DNA from: Octopus bimaculoides
Taxonomy: Eukaryota
DNA: 64,000 nt
Reading direction: 5' to 3'
Assembly: GCF_001194135.2 (NCBI RefSeq)
Contig: NC_068981.1
Coordinates: forward strand, 17,919,874 to 17,983,873
Shown: positions 1 through 10,300 of the stretch, piece by piece
How the letters are laid out: each line of letters begins with the position of its first letter
Position numbering within the stretch: the first letter of the stretch is position 1
Notes under the pieces: model-generated
Databases searched by the model: none
Seen by the model: the letters and a program-made list of their open reading frames with translations, nothing else
What the model was told of the DNA's origin: nothing
Translations under genes and position numbers: made by a program

Positions 1-926
1 CTTACAAATGGTACCACAAACATTTTTCTGAAGTTTTTAAATTGTAATTTATGAAGATTCTGTATCAGGCACGTGCCATCAGCAATTACTCAGGGTAGAC
101 GTTTATGTAGTAAAATGCACAAAAAATTAAGCGAAACACATGTGCGCGATTGAGTTGGAGGCAGAATTACTTCTGCCGTTAAAGCATGTAAAGAAAACAT
201 TGCTGTCGGAATGTACTACAACAGTACTATGCATAGTTTTAATACTGAGATTTAAAGTCAGGGCAAATGATGCCTACCTAATCTACGAAAAAATGAAACA
301 TTTTGCATTTTATGCATAGTAATCAGACTAACCTTCATAATTATATTGAATTAGATGCATATTCTGCTATAAAAAGGAAAATGTAACTTTTGATCTATTT
401 TATTCAGGGTAGGCACTGCCTACCTAGGCAGTACATCCCTGTCCTGTATATAGATGAATATATATATATATGGATGAATCCTGTTCACTACTTCCGTGAA
501 ACAGAGATGCTGTTACTCATACTCAATTGTAAAGCTTCTCAACTTTATCACTTGTCTACAAGAATCAATTACACTGCATACTTACCTGAGAGAGAATATG
601 GGGGTCAACTCACTGGAGAAATGAGACATCAAAAACAAGCCCCATATGAAGGATACCCATGTAGAATGAGATGGTTCTAAAGTTAAATGTCTGATCTCAT
701 ACTACGTAAACCTTTTCAATACCATCCATATTAATGTCTTCATAGTTCAAATTAAAATCTTTATAACATGAAATAATGTGATTACAGTTGGTCAGCACTA
801 ACACAATATGCTCCAACATTTGTGTCCTTGAGCCAGACACTTTATTTCACGTTACTCCAGCCACATTCAGCTGGCAAAATTTGGGTAGCACCTGTATTTC
901 CGAGAACTATGTTATGGGTGTGCATA

Positions 927-1303
927 TCTCTCTTTTACTTGTTTCAGTCATTTGACTGTGGCCATGCTGGAGCACCGCCTTTAGTCGAGCAATACGACCC
1001 CAGGGCTTATTCTTTGTAAGCTTAGTACTTATTCTATCAGTCTCTTTTGCCGAACCACTAAGTTACGGGGGCGTAAACACACCAGCATCGGTTGTCAAGC
1101 GATGTTGGGGAGACAAACACATACATATATATATATACGATGAGCTTCTTTCAGTTTCCGTCTACCAAATCCACTCACAAGGCTTTGGTCGGCTCGAGGC
1201 TATACTAGAAGACATTTGCCCAAGGTGCCACACAGTGGGAATGAACCTGGAACCATGTGGTTGGTAAGCAAGCTACTTACCACACAGCTACTCCTGCACC
1301 TAT
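927..1303 (-). mobile_element. tRNA-headed SINE family A (CORE-like accttgggcaagt)
   Basis: A-box tggctgtgtgg, B-box-like ggttcagtcc, central (TA/CA)n, tail gactgaaacaagtaaaag; many similar copies in the window. Confidence 0.85.
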
Positions 1304-1544
1304 ATATGTTAATTTCACAAGCTGTTTTATTGACTGGGGCAATAGGAACCCTCATAAGCAATGGAGTGCCAATTTTCTTTTTTTTATGTTCCAGCATATA
1401 AGGTTAAATATTTTAAAAAGCCTTCCCAAATCTTGTTTCTATTAAAAATTAATTGCAACTTACAGGCAGTTTATTCATTGAAAATATAGAACTGAAAGGG
1501 TTAAGGAAGTAAAGTAAATAGACTATTGACAAATGTTTTACATA

Positions 1545-1908
1545 TAGGTGCAGGAGTGGCTGTGTGGTAAGCGGTTTGCTTACTAACCACATGGTTCTGG
1601 GTTCAGTCCCACTGCATGGCACCTTGGGCAAGTGTCTTCTACTATAGCTGCAGGTCAACCAAAGCCTTGTGAGCGGATTTATTTGGTAGATGGAAACTGA
1701 AAGAAGCCCATTGTATATGTATATGTGTGTGTGTTTGCCCCCTCACCATCGCTTGACAACTGATGCTGGTGTGTTTATGTCCCTGTAACTTAGTAGTTCG
1801 GCAAAAGAGGCCGATAGAATAAGTACTAGGCTTACAAAGAATAAGTCCTGGGGTCAAGTTGTTCGACTAAAGGTGATGCTCCAGCATGGCCACAGTCAAA
1901 TGACTGAA
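1545..1908 (+). mobile_element. SINE family A
   Basis: Full-length copy ending at the gap. Confidence 0.85.
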
Positions 1909-2266
1909 AAAAAAAAAAAAAAAANNNNNNNNNNNNNNNNNNNNNNNNNNNNNNNNNNNNNNNNNNNNNNNNNNNNNNNNNNNNNNNNNNNNNNNNNNNN
2001 NNNNNNNNNNNNNNNNNNNNNNNNNNNNNNNNNNNNNNNNNNNNNNNNNNNNNNNNNNNNNNNNNNNNNNNNNNNNNNNNNNNNNNNNNNNNNNNNNNNN
2101 NNNNNNNNNNNNNNNNNNNNNNNNNNNNNNNNNNNNNNNNNNNNNNNNNNNNNNNNNNNNNNNNNNNNNNNNNNNNNNNNNNNNNNNNNNNNNNNNNNNN
2201 NNNNNNNNNNNNNNNNNNNNNNNNNNNNNNNNNNNNNNNNNNNNNNNNNNNNNNNNNNNNNNNNNN

Positions 2267-2620
2267 TTGACTGTGGCCATGCTGGAGCACCGCCTTTTAG
2301 TCGAGCAAATCGACCCCAGGACTTATTCTTTAGAAGCCTAGTACTTATTCTATCGATCTCTTTTGCCGAACAGCTAAGTTACGGGGACATAAACACACCA
2401 GCATCGGTTGTCAAGCGATGTTGGGGGGACAAACACACACACACATACATATATACGACGGACTTCTTTCAGTTTCCGTCTACCAAATCCACTCACAAGG
2501 CTTTGGTCGGCCCGAGGCTATAGTAGAAGACACTTGCCCAAGATGCCGCGCAGTGGGACTGAACCCGGGACCATGTGGTTGGTAAGCTAGCTACTTACCA
2601 CACAGCCACTCCTACGCCTA
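2267..2620 (-). mobile_element. SINE family A
   Basis: Low-divergence copy retaining CpGs. Confidence 0.85.
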
Positions 2621-3126
2621 TGTTAATATTTAAATTAAAACCACCAATATATGTAAGAAAATTTTAAGTTGTTTCAAAACACCAGATTAACAATGACAAA
2701 GTTAAATCTCATAAAATTCTTGATTACTCTTAAATGTAATCGGTGCATGTGTGACTGTGTGGTCAAGAAGTTTGCTTCCCAGTTACATGGTTTCAGGTTC
2801 AGTCTCACCGTGTGACACTTTGGACAAGCGTCTTCTACTACAGTCCTGGGACAATCAAAATCTTGCATGTGGGTATTTGGTAGAAGGATACTGAAAGAAG
2901 CCCATAGTTTGTGCGTGTACCCTTGTCTTGACATCTATGAAAAACATGTCTGGTCATGGTGAGATATTACCTTGCTTGGAAATGGATGATGGTTGGTGAC
3001 AGGAAGGGCATCTAACCATAGACCCTTGTAAGTATAGTAAAATGAATGTGAAATGATATGATGATGATGAATGATAAGCTGAAATATGCATATGAAAGGA
3101 TTATTTGTTGGAACACCTGACTTAAA

Positions 3127-3606
3127 CCCTTTCATTACTGTATTTATTTTGAGATGCTCTGTGTTTCTTTGTTTTTTTGCGCCCTTTTAAAGCCTAGCCA
3201 GGCTCATGGGCCCGGTTTCAATGGCGTATGTGTTCCCCAGCTGGACGGGATGCCAGTCCACCACAGCGTTACTCATTTTTGCCAGCTGAGTAGACTGGAG
3301 CAACGTGAAATGAAGTGTTTTGCTCAAGGACACAACACGTCACTCAGTCCAGGAATCGAAACCACAATCTTACGATCATGATTCTGACACAATAATCAGT
3401 AAGCCACGTGCCTCCACCTGTGTTTCTTTTAATTATTTTAAATATAACGAAGAATTTAGTAAAATAACTTAGTTATCATTAAGCTAGTGTTAGAAACTTA
3501 AATTGTGACTAAGGTTTGGTGAAAGATTTTCATTCAAAACATATGAAAACAAGGCATTTGTACTACAGAGCCAGAGCCGGTTTCAGTCGGGTTGGTAACA
3601 AAAGGG
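3127..3606. mobile_element. piggyBac-like MITE with nested SINE
   Basis: CCCTTT left end; ...AACAAAAGGG|TTAA right end; SINE D inside. Confidence 0.6.
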
Positions 3607-3759
3607 TTAAAGCTGAATGTTCTTCCTATTGTTGTCCACTCAACTAGCAAATGGTCAGTGGTTCAGCACCCTAAATATACAACTATTGAATCCATTGACA
3701 CAGGTTGAATAATAATGTGACTAATTATTTTACCCTCTCTTTTTATTCTTTCTTCACAG

Positions 3760-4023
3760 GCAACGGTCATTTTGCTACTTTACTATGTATCAACAACAAA
3801 CTGCATCTCCCTTGGATACCAAGGATATGTCTGCAATCCACGTTTCGCCCAACAATACTGTCTGATGGGCTGCTTGAGCTGTATGGAATACTATGGAGTA
3901 CAAGTTTATAACCTTGCTCACTGTTGTTATGACTGCCAGGTAACTGGGGCTCGTTTGATTGACAATGGTCCAGATAAATGTTCCATGAAGTACATCAGAG
4001 ACACTTATCGAATACAGGAGTGA
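3760..4023 (+). CDS. Terminal coding exon of a secreted Cys-rich peptide precursor, eclosion hormone (EH)-like; 5' coding exon missing
   Basis: Strong acceptor (ctctttttattctttcttcacag|GCA). Phase-0 frame reads ATVILLLYYVSTTNC-ISLGYQGYVCNPRFAQQYCLMGCLSCMEYYGVQVYNLAHCCYDCQVTGARLIDNGPDKCSMKYIRDTYRIQE*. It has a hydrophobic signal h-region, then C-x3-C-x2-C-x13-C-x3-C-x14-C (insect EH is C-x3-C-x2-C-x12-C-x3-C-x10-C). Confidence 0.75.
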   Translation, partial: ATVILLLYYVSTTNCISLGYQGYVCNPRFAQQYCLMGCLSCMEYYGVQVYNLAHCCYDCQVTGARLIDNGPDKCSMKYIRDTYRIQE

Positions 4024-6479
4024 TGCTGCTGTCTGACAGTGGAGCACAACAAGAAGGAAATGCTTCACTACATATTTACAGGTTTGACAATGATTCATCA
4101 CCTTCAAAAATTCAGACGGAAGGTGTACAGATTATTTCCCTAGTACTTCTTCGAAGGCAGAGTCGATAAAGATGATGACTCTAAGAGTTCGCCAATGGAA
4201 TAGTACAAGATTCTTGATGTGAATTTGTGTACTGAAACAAATTTTGTGGTGTCTTGGGAGGGTCATTATGCCAATAACTGTAAACACGCACTGGTTCAAT
4301 ACCACTTCTTTATTGCCAGTTAATGTGTTAAATATCTAACCATCTAACTAATCAATTGTTTGTTTAGTTAGTTGATTAGATATTTAACAAATTGGTTAAA
4401 ATAAAGAAGAGGAATTGAACCTGTGCATGTGTTATTATTTCAGGGGTAATGACTCTCCGAAGACACAACAATGGAACAGTATTTATAGAAAATATTAATA
4501 AACTATTAGATGGCAGATTGCACAGAAGTTTATGTGTTTTCTTTGATATTGGCCATGGTCAGTGAAGTTAGTGATGCACGAGATGAAGGATATGGCATAC
4601 AGTTTAGAAAGTTTAGTATACTGTAGTACCATGGACAGCAAACTACAGCAGTGAACGAGTGGAGTGATGTAAATGTAGGTTGTGAGAGTTCATTATAATC
4701 ACGACACAAGATGCAACGAGTGGACCTAGGAAGATGACTGGTGATTTTCCCTTCTGAATGTGATGTATAGGGGCAGAGATGAAAGATGTGTTTATGGTTA
4801 TGAATGATAAGCTACAGAAGATTGTGAATTGTAACATATACAAGTGAAGTAGATCACATAAGCTGGAAGTTGTTCAGGAGTGAATAGGAATATAAATTTT
4901 CTTGCAGGGAAATATGCAACATTTGGGACTTAGTGTTGCTAATCACTACCAAATTATATGATCCCTGAAGGAACCAGAGAGGGTCCTCACTGATAGAAGA
5001 AACAGTGAGAGATATTGATGTTAACAATAGGTAGGATATTGAATTTGAAAGGGAGTGGTGGAAAGAGTTGTAACACCTGTATGATTGTGGGGCTTAGGTT
5101 GGCTGATAGATCCTTGAAGACAAGTTAGGAGAATGATGGCTACAGGAGAGATATTTTGGTTATAGAATGTACTCAAAATATACAACTGATACGAGTAAGG
5201 AAGCTTTAGATCTGAAGTTTACCACATTTTGTTAAAAGTTTTATCAAATGTAACAGCCTCCCTTTCATCTAGGGCCTTTCTGGAACTGACACTTCACAAA
5301 CTTGGCCAACTGTGACCCCGTCCCATCCCTAATGAGAATTATTTTAACTGTTTCACCTTTATTTTAGTATGGTTGGCAGGATTTCCCAGATTATAGTATT
5401 TGCTAACTTTTGAAGTAAGATACATCTGAAGCTTGATGCTCTTTCTGAAACAAGAAATGGTACTGAAGTCAATCAGGCAGCCTGAGGCAAACAAAGTTAT
5501 GCTCTTAGCCTAGCAGAAGAGTTCAATGCAGTATTTGAAGTAAAATTTCAGCACATGTAATTTACAGGAAGACAAGAAAAGAAGATAAAGTGTAGTGGTG
5601 ATTATTGAAACAGAAACAAAATGTCGATCACCAGATGTAATGAAAATGTTTAGATAGTTTACACGAACAACAAAGTTTAGACAAAATCAGTAAAAACAAA
5701 ACCCTCCTGAATTGTATTCTAGATTGGAAAAAAAAATTTCTTTGATAAAGTTTTACTGTTGAGATGGACAGAGTTATGAAGGAAATTTAGTTGATGTGAA
5801 TTTGAGTCCAAAAATTCAATCATGTATTTACAAATGCACACACAGACACACAAGCATTTGAATATTTCAGAAAATTTCGATTTCAGCCATTTCATTAAGC
5901 CATCCTGTGTGTTAGTGTGCCCAAAGGGTGAGCTGGGCAACACAGTTCTCATATTCATATCCGAACCATCGTTGAATTTGAATATGTCATAACCAACATG
6001 TGACAAATTAAGATGTTGCTTGGCGATTGATTTTTTGGCTGGATTTCCTTTGTCAACATGGAGATTGGTTTATTCATCTTATGTCTCTGCTTGAAATGAT
6101 ATGAGGCAATGCAATTCCAGTGTCTGCACAGAAGATGCGCAAATATGCAGATTTAAAGATTAATATTAAATTTATAAGAAAAAATATATCACCTTGAATT
6201 TGTCTGGAACAATTTACAAAAAAAAAAAAAAAAAAAAAAAAAAAATCGTGTTTCTTTTCTACATAAAATGAATGATCCCAATTTCCACACACACACACCC
6301 ACACACAACTATTTACACATATACATATACAAATGCGAATAACTTGGCCATCACTTCAAGTAAAAAACATTAAAATTTTAAAAAATTGAAAGATTATTGA
6401 ATTCATCTAATATGGTTTGTCCAAATGTCTGCAATGAGTTATAACTACCAATGAATAGAATGAGATTGTGAATTATTTC

Positions 6480-6515
6480 TTGTGATCAGCTCTAAAGCTT
6501 TAGAGCTGATCACAA
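6480..6515. repeat. Perfect 36-bp palindrome in probable ZCCHC8 3'UTR
   Basis: TTGTGATCAGCTCTAAAG|CTTTAGAGCTGATCACAA. Confidence 0.95.
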
Positions 6516-6749
6516 TGAATCAATGGAAAAAAACATCTCATAAACAAAATAAAAATTTTAAAACTGGGAGGGAGAGAAGAATGGACTTAAAAATATATCA
6601 AGATATATATCACGTAAGTAGAGACATGGCATATATCTCGATACAAGAGGATATATCTTGATATATGTGAATGTATGGAGAACAAAAACAGGATGAAAAA
6701 AATTAAACTGAATTCATAAAATCTATAAAAGAATGGAATTATCAAGAAA

Positions 6750-7390
6750 TCATGACTTGTTTCTGGACTTGATTTTTTGGAAAACTTGTCTCATTCGGTT
6801 GTAGGTACCAGTGGACTGAGGCAGGTTCTCAAATGGTATGTGATCTTGAATACCAACTGAAAAGTTTGTTCTGTCTGGTAATGTGGGGAATGGACCTTTA
6901 TTCTGATTCACTGGAGTACCGTAATCTTTGCCAAGGGACTGACACATTGACGGAGATGACAACGATGCAAACCCATCGGAGGCTGCCTGACTGTTACTGC
7001 TCTCATCACTCGATAGAACAATGGAATTAGATTCTGATGCTTTTATCTGACTCTCAGAACTTGGCTGACTGTCTGAGTCTTCTTCCTGAAGTTGTTTCTG
7101 AAGACATCGATACTGTGCTTCAAGATCTTCCAAGGAATCTGAACTGAGAGCAGCATCAGATTTGGGTTTTGGTAGACAGAGAGGCTTTCTTTTCGTGGTA
7201 ATCTCTGTAACAGGGCTCTGCCGTGAGGGCTGATTCCTAGGAGAATATTTCGAATCTGAACTGGAAGATGGAGGTGTGTCAGAAGGAAGTGGTGGTTTCG
7301 ATGGTGGAGTATCAGATGGTAGAGGTGGTATGAAACAGTTGGTCTCTGTTAAGCGACACGTTCCCAGGTCTTCATAGTAAGGGAAACTCT
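6750..7390 (-). CDS. ZCCHC8: ZCCHC8 terminal exon 15 (Pro-rich PPLPSDTPP repeats; C-terminal MTR4-activating-type region)
   Basis: Pyrimidine tract + CAG; 641 nt to TGA at 6752-6750. Confidence 0.95.
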
Positions 7391-10300
7391 CTGCATGAGG
7401 AAGAAAAGAAAAAGAAACAACACCAGTAGAGAAGTTAAAAAGGGAAACAGAACATGTTGAACCTACTTTACTGAGTAACATTCTTCCCTCTCTAAATCTA
7501 ACAGTGATATGAATATCAGCAACTTCTGAGTTCAGTTTCAGATGACGTTCACTTTCATATCTATCCCTCAGAGGTCATTAAAATAAGCTATAGTTAAGTA
7601 TCTGGTCAAATTCCACCCAACAGTCATAAACTTAATAATAATAATAATAATAATCCTTTCTACTATAGACACAAGGCCTGAAATTTTGTGGGAGGAGACT
7701 AGCTAATTAAGGCTAGTGATGAACTGGTATTCAATTTGTTGATCCTGAAAGGATGAAAGGCAAGTCGACCTCATTGGAATTTGAACTCAGAATGTAAAAA
7801 CAGACAAAATGTCACTAAGTATTTTTCCTGGTGTGCTAACAATTTTGCCAGCTCACCACTAATACTAATAAATACCTTGATGCAGAACCAAGCAGTGGCT
7901 CTCATAAATGCCTGGATGCAGAACCAGGCAGTGGCTCTCATGGCTTCTGATCTTGACTGATTGGAGGTGCTATCATGTACATTGTTTTGTCTTGGTATAA
8001 ATGATGGGCTACAGCAAATATTCTGCTCAATACCACAGATTTGCTTGTCAGTAGCTTGACCATAACCAGTTAAGCATGTCCCTTAGTGGCTGACAATATG
8101 TGCATCTCTGATCACGAGCAGTAGTCGGGGAGCATCATAGCCATGTGTTGAGAGGAATTCTTTGGGGTTTGAATAATTCACCACTGGAAACATAGGTGTT
8201 TCATTCAACGTCCTTAAACAACCCCTACTTAATTCAGGGACCTTTTGAGCAGGATGGGCTACTTGACTTGAAGAAAATTCTAAATGATGATGGTGATGAT
8301 AATGTTTGTTTCACTGCATAACAACAGGTAAAATTTGTCCCAGGTCTTCAAAGTCATATCACAGCAAGGGCTGGATTGTCATTTAGTGCAAGAAAAGATT
8401 ATGAGTTTTAAACCAGAGACCTGACTCTTTAAAAATGCTTACAAAAGAATGGATGCAGCTAAAAGCATCCAAGTACCTGATGTTCAACACCATTCAGAGG
8501 GCAGCGTAAAACTGGGAGACATAAAGTCTATCGCCTAAATAGTAGGCCATGGTAGGATTTGAACTCATAAGGCAAAGAGGTGAAACAAATAATACAAGGC
8601 ACCCTATCCAATTGTCAATTCATTGCCCAGAGTATTAGAAGTAGGATTAACAAATTGATTCCACTATATTCCAGTGATGATAGCAATAGATTAAGTGATA
8701 AACTGTGGTGCAGATTTTGAATGTCATTAAGACAATGGGCATGTTTTGTCTTAGACCCGGCTTTGGTCTAGCAAGACAACCACCAGAAGGATATTTCGAT
8801 GTCGGTACAGATGAAGTGGATATTTGTATTATCAACATCTTTTACACACATGATCCACCAAAGGGAACTTCTAGGTGGTTGTTCAGCCTGTTATATATAG
8901 CAGCAAAATCTTTCACAAATCTGCCTCATCTGTCTTACAAAAAATGGAAAGACATACTGAATAATGTAGTCAATAGTATATGTCTTCTAAGATAGCAGAA
9001 AAGATGTACGTGATAGAGCATCTTCGATCCTAGGTGTATTTAAGGTATAAGTCTCTATCTAACCCATGCTAGTAAGGAAAAACAGATGTAAAAAGAGTGT
9101 GTGGTTCATTTCCCAGCCACATAGTTTTAGGTTCAGTACCACTGTGTGACACCATAGGCAAGTGTCTTCTATTATAGCCCTGGGCCAACCAAAGTCTGGT
9201 GAGTGGGTTTGGAATATGGAAACTGGAAGCCCGTCATATATATATTTATGTATATATATGTATCTGTGTTAGTGTCTCTTTGCCTTGACATCGTGTGATA
9301 GTTGTAAATGAGTGTTCCCAATTCTCTGTAAAAATAAGCCCAGTCATGAGCAAATATTACCTTGCTTGGAAACAGGCTTAGCCTCAGGAAGGGTATTTGG
9401 TTGTATAAAATCTGCCTTAACAAATAATCTGATCCATGCAAGTACCATAAAATGATGATGATGACGATTCATGTCATGTTCCCTGCATCCCTCTCCAGCA
9501 GAGCATTCCTAATCTTGCAAGCTCATGGGTACTGGTGCCACGTAAATGCACCCATGCTGGTACTGTGTAAAAGCAGCCAGTACACTCTGTAAAGTGGTTG
9601 GTGTTAGAAAGGGCATCCAGCCACAGAAACCATGCCAAAACAGACATGAAACCTGGCCAGCCCCTGTCAAACCATCCGACCCATGCCAGCATGGGAAACA
9701 GATGATGATGATATATACACGCCGCCTTACTGGCACTTGTGCCGGTGGCATGTGAAAAAACATTCGTGCGAGGTCGTTGCCAGTGCCGCTGGACTGGCTC
9801 CTGTGCAGGTGGCACGTAAAATACACCATTTTGAGCATGGCCGTTGCCAGTACCGCCTGACTGGTCTTCGTGCTAGTGGCACGTAAAAGCACCCACTACA
9901 CTCTCGGAGTGGTTGGCGTTAGGAAGGGCATCCAGCTGTAGAAACTCTGCCAAATCAGATTGGAGCCTGGTGTAGCCATCTGGTTCGCCAGTCCTCAGTC
10001 AAATCGTCCAACTAATGCTAGCATGGAAGGCGGACGTTAAAAGATTATGATGATGATGATGATGATGATATATATACAGAGAGAGAGAGAGAGATGAAGT
10101 AGAAAACTACCTTCAGTATCAATATCCATGTCAGAGCTAGTGTCAAATGACCGATGTCGTTTAGGATTTCCATCTGCACTTGTTCCATGTTTCCGTTTTT
10201 TAGCATCATCCTGCAAAATAGAGAAATATGGAGATAAGAATATACTGACTATCAACTTTAAACATGGCTGCCTTAACAACAAGAATTTTCAGAATGGTGA

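Noticed and set aside
366-376. TATAAAAAGG TATA-like box upstream of the EH-like exon
   Set aside because: Common in AT-rich DNA; no supported exon follows at the proper distance.
1545-1620. tRNA-like A/B boxes at SINE heads
   Set aside because: No cloverleaf; part of multicopy SINEs, not tRNA genes.
1832-2523. Long ORFs containing X runs (also at 15858-16685, 18451-19450, 24930-25424, 37905-38415, 49867-50938)
   Set aside because: Artefacts of translating through N-gaps.
8705-8995. 96-aa + strand ORF in the last ZCCHC8 intron
   Set aside because: No splice support; looks like a decayed non-LTR retrotransposon C-terminus.
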